Source: Candidatus Latescibacterota bacterium (lineage in GTDB: Bacteria > Latescibacterota > UBA2968 > UBA8231). From it: 64,000 nucleotides of DNA. The notes beneath the pieces were generated by a model. It ran no database searches, had not been told where the DNA came from, and was given only the letters and a program-made list of their open reading frames with translations. Of this stretch, positions 26,530-36,700 are shown in pieces. Position 1 is the stretch's first letter. Each line of letters starts with the position of its first letter. Made by a program: the position numbers and the translations under genes. Where the stretch lies: the NCBI GenBank assembly GCA_965261395.1, contig OZ253462.1, positions 5,472,001 through 5,536,000 of the forward strand, given 5' to 3'.

Positions 26530-28701
26530 ATGCACATCGGCGACCAATGGATGCAGTTGCGCAGCCGCGACAAAGCCCTCGCGCAGGCGTTCGCCCGGCC
26601 CTTCCCGGTCGGCGTCGAATACTACCGCCCGCCTGTACCGCCGCCGCAGTACTGGGACGAGGACTTTCGCCGGATTAGCGCCGCTGGTATGAGCATCGTC
26701 CGCGTCTGGTACTCCTGGGACTGGGTCGAGACTCTGCCCAATCACTACGAGTTCGACGATCTGGACCGGCTCTTTGACCTAGCCGCTCAACACGGTCTAA
26801 AAGTCTGGGTCGATACCCCGCTGGGCACCCACATGGCCTGCCCGGCCTGGATGCTGCGCTCCCACCCGGACATGCGGATCGTCCGCCGCGATGGCAGTGT
26901 GCAGCAGAATACGACCGGCGCGTTTGCCGCACACGGAGCGATGACCCACAACTTCGACCACCCGATGTGGCGGGTTTACGTCGAGCGCTATCTGCGCCAA
27001 TTTGTGCCGCGCTACAAAGATCACCAAGCCTTGGGCGTCTGGGGCACTTGGGATGGCATTGGCTACGCTGGCGCATGGACGGCCCCTGAGCCGTATCCCC
27101 CCTACAACGACTACACCATCGCCAAGTACAAGGACTGGCTCTACCACAACTACACGCTCGACGCGCTCAACGAGCGACTGCTGCGCCGCTACCGCTCGTG
27201 GGAGGACGTCGATGCGCCGCGCAGTAAAGCCGCGCCAGTGGAGATGAGGCTGTACTTGCAGTTTCACCGCGAAAACATGGCCGACCATTTAGGCTGGATG
27301 GCCGACTTGATCGACCGGCTCGATGGGACGCACGAGCAGCGCTCGCACGGCGGCTCGTACCCAGCGCCCCACCACGAGACGGTTAGTCCGCAGATCGACA
27401 GTTGGGGCCTCTCGCACCACTCGTCCAACCGGCTGACTACTGACGAGCCGTACAGCATCGCCTGCGAGGCCTACGGCTTCCAGTGGTGCCGCGCAATGGG
27501 TCGCAACAATCGGTGGTGGAACGAAGAGATCTACGGCAACTTCGTCGGTGGACTGCATCCGACTGAGAAGAAGACTCTCGGCGAGGAGTCGGCGCTCTAT
27601 ATCTGGCTGACCCTGATCGAGGGCGGTGCCGGGGCTATGTTCTGGCAATATCGGCCGGAGTACATGACGTACGAAGCACCCGGACTCAACATAGCCGCAC
27701 TCGACGGCGAGCCGACCGAGCGGCTCCACGCGGCAACGGCGACCATCGCCCGGATTGACCGCATCGCCGCCCATTTGCCGCTGGCCATTCCGCGCGCCGA
27801 TGTGGCCATTGCCTACAGCGGCCCGAGCGACGACGCATTTGATTTTAACGACCACAGCGTCCAGTTCATCCAGCACCACCGTGCGCTCTACCGCACCCTG
27901 TGGGCACAGAGCGTGGCGATGGACCTAGTGACTCCGGCGATGGACTGGTCTGAGTACGCGCTGGTTTACCTGCCGCACTTCGCAGTCCTCGACGAGGTAG
28001 CCATCGCTCGCCTGCGCGGCCTGCTACAAGCGACCGATGGCCCCCACCTCGTAGCCGACGGCTACTTTGGTACCTTTGCCGGCAAGGGCCACTGGAGCTT
28101 CAAGCCGCCCGAGGGCCTCAGCGACCTCATCGACTGCCGGATCGCCGATTTCGATGTCGTCGCTGATTTCGATGTCCGAGCTGGCAAAAACGTCGTGCAG
28201 ATGGAGTGCGGCACCTTTGCCCTCCCTGCGGGGACGACCTATTCAATCTTAGAACCTCAAGGCGACACTGCGCCCATCGCTACCATCGGCGACGAAGTGG
28301 TTGGGGTGCGCTCGGCCGACGGACGCTTCACCTGGTACGGATTTGCGCTCTCGGCCACAGCCTCGTCCGAAGTGCCCGGCCAACCGGGAGCACCAGCACC
28401 GGCGGGGCTGGTCCACGACGAGGTGGCAACCACGCTACTGGCAACCGCAGGCGTCGAGCCGTGGTTCGCGCTTACCGGCGACCGCGTCGTCGCCTTCCGC
28501 CGCCGCTCTCAGCAGGGCGGATCGCTGATCTTCGCGCTCAACGTAGAAAGGCGCACAGCGCAGGTGCGGATGCAGCCGCGCTGGCAAATAAGCGCGGCCC
28601 GCGACCTGCTAAGGGAGCGAGACATCCCGCTCGGCGACGGGGCCATCGAGCTGATTCTAGGGTTTGGCGAGGTGGCGGTGATACACTGTGCGGATATCTG
28701 A
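26530..28701 (+). CDS. GH42-like beta-galactosidase-family protein (atypical catalytic motif)
   Basis: GVEYY..WDEDFRRI..AGMSIVR..SWDWVE..YEFDDLD, CPAWM, FWQYR, trimerisation-domain region; SD GGAG. Confidence 0.75.
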   Translation: MHIGDQWMQLRSRDKALAQAFARPFPVGVEYYRPPVPPPQYWDEDFRRISAAGMSIVRVWYSWDWVETLPNHYEFDDLDRLFDLAAQHGLKVWVDTPLGTHMACPAWMLRSHPDMRIVRRDGSVQQNTTGAFAAHGAMTHNFDHPMWRVYVERYLRQFVPRYKDHQALGVWGTWDGIGYAGAWTAPEPYPPYNDYTIAKYKDWLYHNYTLDALNERLLRRYRSWEDVDAPRSKAAPVEMRLYLQFHRENMADHLGWMADLIDRLDGTHEQRSHGGSYPAPHHETVSPQIDSWGLSHHSSNRLTTDEPYSIACEAYGFQWCRAMGRNNRWWNEEIYGNFVGGLHPTEKKTLGEESALYIWLTLIEGGAGAMFWQYRPEYMTYEAPGLNIAALDGEPTERLHAATATIARIDRIAAHLPLAIPRADVAIAYSGPSDDAFDFNDHSVQFIQHHRALYRTLWAQSVAMDLVTPAMDWSEYALVYLPHFAVLDEVAIARLRGLLQATDGPHLVADGYFGTFAGKGHWSFKPPEGLSDLIDCRIADFDVVADFDVRAGKNVVQMECGTFALPAGTTYSILEPQGDTAPIATIGDEVVGVRSADGRFTWYGFALSATASSEVPGQPGAPAPAGLVHDEVATTLLATAGVEPWFALTGDRVVAFRRRSQQGGSLIFALNVERRTAQVRMQPRWQISAARDLLRERDIPLGDGAIELILGFGEVAVIHCADI

Positions 28702-28774
28702 GCCGTCTCACAGCAGAAGAGACGAGCTTTGGCAATTGAACCGCGAGCAATTCTTAGAGGACGGATTTCTCGTC

Positions 28775-29671
28775 TCAGAGAGGATTTATCAGCCCGATGG
28801 CATCCAAGACAGCACCGATCTTCTCCACTTCCTCGTCTGTGGCCGTGACCATAGGCGGGCGCAACCAACGCGAGGCAATGCCGTTGAGTTCAAGCGCGGT
28901 GCGCCACACAGCCTGACCACCGCCTAGCACATCTGTGGCCACCCCCCAGAAGGGTTCTTCGATTTGGGTGATGATGGTCTGGGCCGTTTTGGCGTCGCCG
29001 TCTTGGAAGGCCCGCCAGTAGCTTTGTGCTACATGGGGAGCAAAAGAAGATGGATAGCAAAAAAAGGCGCGGATGCCACAGGGCCATTGTGCGAAATTGC
29101 GCCATAGTCCCCCGCCGGTCATGAACTTCCACCGATCGCCATAGCGGTGCATAGTCGCCTTCGCGTATTCGAGTGTGCCGTCTTCTTTGAAGGTGCAGAT
29201 GTTGGGCGCGTCGAGTAGCTCGTCGAGGATTTCATAGGGAGGACACCCCACCAACATCAGGGGCATGACTCGGGCTACTTTGCGGTATTGGACGACCTTA
29301 CCCTGCGGTTGGGCTTGTTCCGGTGGCAGCACCATCAGCACGTCGGCTCCCCAACTGCGGCAATACTCGGCAAATTGGACCGCCCGATCGTCTGGCCAGC
29401 GCCGAGTAGCCGCCACAGCCAACGCCCGTCCAGCGACCCGGTCAACCAAAAAGCGGGTAAGCTGAGCAACCTCTTCATCGCTGAGAAACTCGAACTGGCT
29501 GTCTCCGTAGGTCAGCAAGCTGACCTGACTGCCGCCGGCAATGCCGATGTCGATTATGTGGCCGATACCCTCCCAGTCTAGCTGGCCGTTGGGCAAAAAG
29601 GTGGTGGGGATGGAGTTGACCGGACCCTCGAGTAAGTTTTTGATCTCGTCCGGTGTCTTGGCTGATGGCAT
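28775..29671 (-). CDS. Dihydrodipicolinate synthase/N-acetylneuraminate lyase family aldolase
   Basis: IPTTF..G.LD, LSDEE, GADVLMVLPP, PNICTFKED (Schiff-base Lys), LRPP. Start ATG 29671 with SD AAGGAG. Confidence 0.85.
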   Translation of the reverse strand: MPSAKTPDEIKNLLEGPVNSIPTTFLPNGQLDWEGIGHIIDIGIAGGSQVSLLTYGDSQFEFLSDEEVAQLTRFLVDRVAGRALAVAATRRWPDDRAVQFAEYCRSWGADVLMVLPPEQAQPQGKVVQYRKVARVMPLMLVGCPPYEILDELLDAPNICTFKEDGTLEYAKATMHRYGDRWKFMTGGGLWRNFAQWPCGIRAFFCYPSSFAPHVAQSYWRAFQDGDAKTAQTIITQIEEPFWGVATDVLGGGQAVWRTALELNGIASRWLRPPMVTATDEEVEKIGAVLDAIGLINPL

Positions 29672-29829
29672 GGTGCGCTCCTTTCGCGAATAAAGGTAGA
29701 GGAAAAGCCCAGTACCCTCCAGCTTAAGACCTTCCAAGCAGGCATTGCTCAGAGTACTGCGAAATATCAGATTATACGGTGGCCTTGTGCCACTCGCCCT
29801 ATACCACTCAACCACGCTGTCAGCTAAAC

Positions 29830-31119
29830 ATGAACGCCGATTCGCTCGAGATACAACCCTTACAAAAGCCACTCGACACCATAGTCGCCGTACCAGGCTC
29901 CAAAAGTTACACCAACCGGGCACTGCTGGTCGCGGCACTAGCCGACGGAGAATCACATCTTGCGGGCGCGCTCTTTAGCGATGATACCGACTACATGGTC
30001 CAAGCATTGCGCAAACTCGGCGTCTCTATAGAGGCCGATCCAAAGGCAGCCAGCTTTGCGGTCGCAGGCAACGGCGGACAGATTCCCGTCGATGGTGCCG
30101 AGCTGTACATCGGTAATTCGGGCACTACTTCGCGGTCGATCACGAGCTATGTTGCGCTCGGCAATGGGACCTTCATCATCGACGGCGACGCGCCCATGCG
30201 CCAGAGCCGGCCGATTGCCGACCTTCTCGACGCGCTCAGCCAACTCGGGATCGACGCTCGCTCGCGCTTTGCCAACGGATGCCTGCCAGTAGAGGTGCGA
30301 GCCAAGGGATTCAGAGGCGGAAAAACCCAACTCGACGCCAGCAAAAGTAGCCAGTTCCTGACTTCGCTACTGCTAGTCGCCCCTTACGCCAACAACGGCT
30401 TGGAAATCGAAATGGTCAGCGAGTTCAAGACCGAATATATCGACATTACTATGGCGGTAATGCAGGCATTTGGGATCGAGGTAGAACACGACGATTACCG
30501 GCGTTTTCGCGTAGCCGGCGGTCAATGCTATAAGCCCCGCGCCTACGCTATTGAGCCGGATGCTTCCAATGCCTCGTACTTCTTTGCTGCCGCCGCGCTC
30601 AACGGCGGCCGGGTGCGCGTAGCCGACATTGCCGCCGACTCAGCCCAAGGCGATATCCACTTCGTCGATGTGCTCGAGAAAATGGGATGCACGGTCAACC
30701 GCTATGCTCACGGAGTCGAAGTGATCGGGCCGGATCAACTCAGGGGGATAGACGTCGATATGAAGGCCATATCGGATACCTCGCTGACGCTGGCCGCGGT
30801 CGCACCTTTTGCCAAGGATCCCGTGCGCATCCGCAATATCGAACACACGCGCTGGCAGGAGACCGACCGGATTGCCGCTATGGTCGCCCAACTACGTCGG
30901 CTTGGCGTGAAAGTAGAAGAACACAGAGATGGCGTTACTATCGCGCCGTCTAAGCCCAAAAGCAGCAGCATTGATACCTATAAAGATCACCGAGTGGCTA
31001 TGAGTTTTGCCTTAGTCGGATTGCGAGTCCCCGGAATCCGCATCAACGACCCAAGCTGCGTCGGCAAAACCTTTCCGACATACTTCGACGTCTGGGATCA
31101 GATAAGAAGATCGACGTGA
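29830..31119 (+). CDS. aroA: 3-phosphoshikimate 1-carboxyvinyltransferase (EPSP synthase)
   Basis: PGSKSYTNR, GNSGT, SSQF, QETDRI, DHRVAM, KTFP. Confidence 0.97.
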   Translation: MNADSLEIQPLQKPLDTIVAVPGSKSYTNRALLVAALADGESHLAGALFSDDTDYMVQALRKLGVSIEADPKAASFAVAGNGGQIPVDGAELYIGNSGTTSRSITSYVALGNGTFIIDGDAPMRQSRPIADLLDALSQLGIDARSRFANGCLPVEVRAKGFRGGKTQLDASKSSQFLTSLLLVAPYANNGLEIEMVSEFKTEYIDITMAVMQAFGIEVEHDDYRRFRVAGGQCYKPRAYAIEPDASNASYFFAAAALNGGRVRVADIAADSAQGDIHFVDVLEKMGCTVNRYAHGVEVIGPDQLRGIDVDMKAISDTSLTLAAVAPFAKDPVRIRNIEHTRWQETDRIAAMVAQLRRLGVKVEEHRDGVTIAPSKPKSSSIDTYKDHRVAMSFALVGLRVPGIRINDPSCVGKTFPTYFDVWDQIRRST

Positions 31120-31149
31120 GAAGAAGGCCGAAGCTGATGGGAGAACGGT

Positions 31150-31203
31150 AAGAAACACAGATGCCCTACCGGTCGGTTCACCGGTAGGGCATCTGTGTTT
31201 CTT
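31150..31203. terminator. Bidirectional intrinsic terminator between convergent aroA and the DUF4159 gene
   Basis: Perfect 24-bp inverted repeat aagaaacacagatgccctaccggt / accggtagggcatctgtgtttctt with a 6-nt loop; T-rich ends on both strands. Confidence 0.85.
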
Positions 31204-31219
31204 GTTGTTTGAAGGGTGC

Positions 31220-32581
31220 TTATTGGGTAAACTGGGTCACATTGGCGATGCCGCCCGGCTGAGTCAACGCATAGACGATTAGGTTGACCCCAAATTGCAA
31301 CCCGCGCTCTCTTGCATCGGCCAACGGATCTCCCCAGTACCAGCTAACATTCAGGTCGCTGAAGACCACCGCAACCCGGCCGCGCAGTTCTAGCATCTCC
31401 AAGTCGAAAACATTGCCAGCGGGTGCGCCACCCATCGGCGGACCATCGGGAAAATCCCAGAAGCTGTAGTAGAGATCGTGGCTCTTGGGCACTTTCTGCC
31501 ACTTAGAGCCGTCGCTACCCAGCACCAGCGGATCTTTCATCAGCGCCTTGAACTGGCGGTCAAACGGCGTACCCGAAACTCCGGCTTCCTTGCCTTCAAG
31601 TCCGCCATCAGAGTCGCTTTGGCGGATCTCCTCGGCATAGAGAAAACCACCGTTCTTGAGGTATTCGCCTAGATTGGTCTTCTCTGTATCGCTGATTTGC
31701 AAGACGGCATCGTTGCCCGTCACGTAAAGCATGGGGGCATCCAGGATGCGCGGGTCCGAAAATTCCAAGGTCGTGCCCTCAATGCGGGCATTGATTTCGG
31801 TATGGTCGCGCATATAGCGCATCAACTCCTCTATCGCAGTTGGGAACCGATCGCGGTTCTTGTCTGCGATATCGTAGTCGATGACCGTCATGTTAAAGAA
31901 GCCACGTATAGCACGTTTGTCCTCTGGATCCTGAATCAAGATCGCTTGGTAGCGGCCGATATCCAAATCGCCGACATTGAGCAGTTCGTGCTTCAGGCTC
32001 AGCGCCTCTTGCACCGGTGCCGACGTTTCGCCCAGTTCGACCATCTCGACATCGTCGAAGGCAAAATCTTGGGCCTTGGCACCTGAAAAGGCACCCAAGA
32101 CCTGCGTACCAGGCAAGACCGAACTCAAGAGGTCGCTACCTACCGCGCTAACATCAGCTATCGCCGATATATCCTGCGGCAAATCCGGCGGTGCCATCGA
32201 CTGTAGCATCTCCATCTGCACTTCGGATATCTCGGGACGCTTGGCTAGATCGAAGTTCTTTTCGAGAATTGGTGGAGGAGCGCGGAAGATAATGAGCGAC
32301 TCCTTTTTCTCTTCTACGCCAATGCCAAAGAGATAATCATAAACGAAGACGCCAGCGTGGATGGATACCGAGAGGACAAAGGCCACGCTCATACTCAGTC
32401 GGCGGCCGGTGGTAGCCGTATATAGGGCGTATATCAGCACCCCGGCACCCGCCAAACCGGCGGCGATCACCACCCACTTGGACAGGATGAAAAGCACGTG
32501 AATGAGCAAGGCCGCGCCGACCGCCATATAGGCCGTTTTTTTGCGCTGGGCCTGTACTGCTTTTTTATACTCGTCTACCAC
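31220..32581 (-). CDS. Membrane-anchored TonB-like/DUF4159-domain protein
   Basis: N-terminal TM helices with SVSIH (SxxxH), then a linker with RAPPP. The C-terminal domain has PMLYVTG, LGEYLKNGGFLYAE, GRVAVVFS and GVNLIVYALT, typical of DUF4159. Confidence 0.7.
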   Translation of the reverse strand: MVDEYKKAVQAQRKKTAYMAVGAALLIHVLFILSKWVVIAAGLAGAGVLIYALYTATTGRRLSMSVAFVLSVSIHAGVFVYDYLFGIGVEEKKESLIIFRAPPPILEKNFDLAKRPEISEVQMEMLQSMAPPDLPQDISAIADVSAVGSDLLSSVLPGTQVLGAFSGAKAQDFAFDDVEMVELGETSAPVQEALSLKHELLNVGDLDIGRYQAILIQDPEDKRAIRGFFNMTVIDYDIADKNRDRFPTAIEELMRYMRDHTEINARIEGTTLEFSDPRILDAPMLYVTGNDAVLQISDTEKTNLGEYLKNGGFLYAEEIRQSDSDGGLEGKEAGVSGTPFDRQFKALMKDPLVLGSDGSKWQKVPKSHDLYYSFWDFPDGPPMGGAPAGNVFDLEMLELRGRVAVVFSDLNVSWYWGDPLADARERGLQFGVNLIVYALTQPGGIANVTQFTQ

Positions 32582-32619
32582 AGTTCTTCCCCCTCTTGGA
32601 AGGGCCTAGAGACCTTCAC

Positions 32620-33027
32620 TTAGTTGCGCTGCGGTTCCGTGGCGATGACCTGATCGATGACACCCACCTGGCGAGCAATGTCCATGATCTGGACGATTTG
32701 CCCGTGCGCGGAGCGCTCGTCTCCCTGGATGATAAGCATCGTGGTGTTATCCAGCAGTTGTCTCTTCGCCTGCAATTCCTCTTTGAGGGTTGCAAAGGTC
32801 ACCGACTTGTGGTTCAGTTTCATGTTGCCGTCCTGATCCACGACGATAAAGAGGTTCTCCTTCTCCGGAGCCTGAGCCTCTTCGGACTCGGGCAATTTGA
32901 TATCCAAACCCGGAGTGATGGCAAACACTGCGGTCACCATGAAGAAGATGAGTAGCTGAAAGACCACGTCAATCATCGGCGTCAGATCGGGCATGGCCAG
33001 TTCTTTTTTTTCTACTCTCTCAGCCAT
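32620..33027 (-). CDS. exbD: Biopolymer transport protein ExbD/TolR
   Basis: LTPMIDVVFQLLIFFMVT with the conserved TM Asp; IQGD..HG..V.IMD. Confidence 0.95.
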   Translation of the reverse strand: MAERVEKKELAMPDLTPMIDVVFQLLIFFMVTAVFAITPGLDIKLPESEEAQAPEKENLFIVVDQDGNMKLNHKSVTFATLKEELQAKRQLLDNTTMLIIQGDERSAHGQIVQIMDIARQVGVIDQVIATEPQRN

Positions 33028-33058
33028 TTTATCTCATGCCTCCTAAGAAGAGCCGCCC

Positions 33059-33712
33059 TTAGGCAGCCCGAGTGCCTTGCCAGCGGCGCAGTAGGGCGTC
33101 CACAAAACCGTGGCCGTATGCTTCAAACTCAACGGCCTTGCCTGTGGCGCGGTTGCTAAAGTACGTGAAGATGGCGATTGAAGGCACGGCGATCACCAGA
33201 CCGGTAACTGTGGTGATCAGCGCTTCGGAAATACCTGCGGCGACGATCGTCGGCTCACCGAGACCCTTTTCCGCAATACCTTCAAAAGCGTTGATCATAC
33301 CGTTGACCGTACCCAACAGGCCGAGCAACACCACGGATTTAGCCACGAAGTCGATAACGGCCAGATATCGTTCGAGATACCCCAAGGCGGCGCGTTCAAC
33401 CGTGCCGTTCATTTCCACGCGCATCTCCTCCATCGTGCGTTGCTCGCGCGACAAGTGCTCAAAGCGCTCGAGCCCCTCGCCGTACACCTCGCCTTCGAGC
33501 TTGCCGACTTCGGTGCAGTATTCCTTGAGCTGGTCGATGGAAGCACCCGAGTCTATACGCGCGTTGACGTCGTTGGTGATTTCGGCCAATTCGTCCTCGG
33601 AGCGCAGCCGTGCATACGTCCAAATGCGCTCGAGAAAGAACGCAATGGAAAGCATAGACCAGAGCCCCAAAGGCCACATGAAAGGTCCGCCTTCTTGAAA
33701 AAGATCAATCAT
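33059..33712 (-). CDS. exbB: MotA/TolQ/ExbB proton channel protein
   Basis: GGPFMWPL, LLGLLGTVNGMI.AF, GISEALITT..GL.IAVP. Confidence 0.92.
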   Translation of the reverse strand: MIDLFQEGGPFMWPLGLWSMLSIAFFLERIWTYARLRSEDELAEITNDVNARIDSGASIDQLKEYCTEVGKLEGEVYGEGLERFEHLSREQRTMEEMRVEMNGTVERAALGYLERYLAVIDFVAKSVVLLGLLGTVNGMINAFEGIAEKGLGEPTIVAAGISEALITTVTGLVIAVPSIAIFTYFSNRATGKAVEFEAYGHGFVDALLRRWQGTRAA

Positions 33713-33754
33713 TTTCTTTCTCCCTCCTTAAGTTAGGACGCAAAGAAATCAAGG

Positions 33755-36700
33755 TTAAAGGACGCGAGCTTCCTGCATTACCTCTAGCTGCTCTCTGGCA
33801 TAGTCCACCTGCGTCCCGTACTTGGGGTTGTCGCCATAGTTGTCGACAACCTCCTGAAAGATGGCACCGGCTTGGCGGAATTCCTCTTGTTTCATATGGG
33901 CGGCACCGATGTTGACCAGTGAGTTGACAGCTTGGTCGCTCTTGGGGTACTTCTGCCGCACCTCCTCGAAGATCGCCGTTGCCTCATCGAAATTGTCCTC
34001 AGATAAGAGCTTTTCGCCCGTTGCATAAAGATTATAGGCGTCGATCTCAGCCAAATGCCCGAGCAAGGTCTTTGCCTTTTTCGGCAGCGCTCGATCTTGG
34101 GCAATCAGCTTGTCAGCGGGAAAGCGCTCCAAGAAAGTCTGGTAGCTCTCGGTGGCCTTCTCGTACTCCTTGAGGCCGTAATAGTAATCTCCGAGCGTAA
34201 ATTGGCTGCGTGGCCCATATGTACCATTGGGATATTCAGCAACGATTCGCTCAAAGATCGGCACCGCGTCTTCATTGCGCTCGAGATTGATCAAGCACCA
34301 AGCCTTGTTGTAAAGCGCATCGTCCACGTAGCTCGACTTGGGATAGCTCTTAATGATTCGGTCATAATAGACCTTGGCATCCAAGAAGTTCTGGTTTTTG
34401 TCCTCTATGCCGCTCCGGTTAGTCATGTTAAACAGAGCATCGCCAGCGCGGAAAAGCGCCTCAGATGCATAGCGGGACTGCGGATACGTATCGGCTAGGC
34501 TAGCAAAAATATCGCTGGCAGCACGCCATTTACCCATCCGATAATGCGCCCAGGCATCGTAGTAATAGGCATGCACTGCGCGCTCGTCTTCGGGATATTG
34601 GGTGTAATAGGTATTGAACGCCTTTGACATCGCTGGTAGCACTTCGATATTGCCGTTAGCCGATAGCCTGTTATAGGCTACGCCGATCTGGAATTGGGCA
34701 TTTCTGGCCCAAGCAATCTGCGGGTAGTTTTCGATGATGGTGTTATACGTGGCAATTGCTTGGACGAACTGCTCCGACCGGTAGAAGCAGTTGCCTTGGA
34801 CAAAGAGCGCGTTGGCAATGCTCTCGACATTCATGGCTAAGTCGATTAGCTGCTGAGCCGCTTCAATACTCTGCTGGAACTTATCCAATTTGAAATAGGC
34901 ATTGGCCAAGCGAATGAGTAAGCGCTCCCGGTCTTCGCTAGAGGCAGCAGTAGCCAACATCTCCTCGTAGATGCGCACCGCTTCCTCTGGATTGCCCGTC
35001 TTTTCGGCCATTGAGATTAGCTGCAGCCGCGCCGAACGCACCAAGCTTTCGTCTCCTGAAGCAATGACCTCATTCAGTAGCTTCTCCGCCTCGGTGTCGC
35101 TGCCTTCCGCAGAGTACGAGAGCGCCATCGAGAACGTGACCTTTAACTGCATCGCCTTGGGGATCTTGGTGTCCAATAGCCACTTGTAATCGACCAGCGC
35201 GCGGTCGTAACGGCCCGAATAGTGGTAGGCCAATCCACGGCCATAGCGAGTGTCGCGAATGACAATGACATCGCTTTCTGGGTACTCTTCAAGCACCCTG
35301 GTGTAGCCCTCGACTGCGTCGACGTAGTTTTTATTGTTGAGGTCGAGTTGGGCCATCTGGAAATGCGCCCTAGCCTCCAAATCGCGGTCGCCGGTCACGC
35401 CTTCCAGCAATTGATTGAGCAGTGCACGTCCCTCGGTGATGCGATCTTGAGAAATGTAGATGTTGGCCGCCTCAATCAACGCGGCGATGTACGTCTCGCG
35501 GGCATCGCGATCAACCTTGGAAAAAGCAACGATGGCCTCGTCTTTCTGCCCTTCATCTCGGTAGAGAATACCAAGGCCATAGTACGCATCGGCCGTATGC
35601 CGCGTATCCTGATAGCTCTCCGTTATAGCCTTGTAGGCCTCAATGGCCTCCTCAACTTTCTGCTGCTCGTAGCTGAGCCGGGCGATGCGCAACAGGCACA
35701 ACGGCGCTTGGTCTGAGCGGGGGAAGTTGTCCACCGCCTGCGTGTAGCTCGCAATAGCTTGGTCCGCCACGCCGAGTTTTTCGGTAGACCAGCCTGCGCT
35801 GTAGAGCGCTGCGGAGCGCAACCCCGTCTCGCTATCGGGGTAGTCCGCCAGCAGTTTTAGGTAGTCTTCACGGGCAGCGGCGTAGTCTGCGGCAAAGTAC
35901 TTGGCTTCGCCTTTCTGATACTGAGCGTTGGCCGGATAAGGCGTATCCCCATAGAGTTCAATTACCTGGTTGTAAGCGGTCCACGCCTCGTCGAACTTAT
36001 CCCACTCCATGTAGTTGTCGCCGATTCTCATCTGCACCTTGGCCTTGTAAAAGCGTTCCTCGGCGGTCTCCTGAGCGGCGATCAACTCTTGGTAGGCTTC
36101 CTCGTATTGGTCTGTTTTGCGAAAGATCTCAGCGACGCGCAACGAGGAGGTCTCGAAGAGCTGCCGGTAGTTTTCAAAGTCGACATTCTTACCCTCGCGA
36201 AACGAACCGCGCAAGAGTTCAAACATCCGGTCGTAGAGATTGCGCACATCGCGATAGGATTCAATTGCCTCCGCGTCGCGTCCCATCTGGTCATAGGCGT
36301 TGGCCTTCAGATAGAGAGCTTGGGCAATGACCGGACTATTGGGATACTTGTCGAGGACTATCTGAGTCATATCAACGGCTTCGCCGTACTCGCCCTTCTC
36401 ATAGAGCGCACTGGCGATGCGGAACTGGGAATCTGGCGCATAGCGATCTTCCGGATAAGCCGCTAGCATGCCGTTGAGCGTTTCGATGGATTGGTCGTAT
36501 TCTTTGGTGTTAAACTCGCTCCAGCCCGCGTAAAAATACGCCTTGCCGGCTTCCCTCGTCTCGGAGAACAGCTCGACATAGAGCTTGTATTCCTTTGCTG
36601 CTTCGCCGAACTCTTTGGCGAAGAAGCGGGTCTCGGCGACTTGAAACTGCACCAATGACTTGAAATCCTCGGCCACATTCCCTGTGTCGATAACTTGGCG

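Noticed and set aside
28775-29671. Calling this gene dapA because it is adjacent to aroA
   Set aside because: It lacks the GTTGE motif and the catalytic Tyr; only a family-level call is justified.
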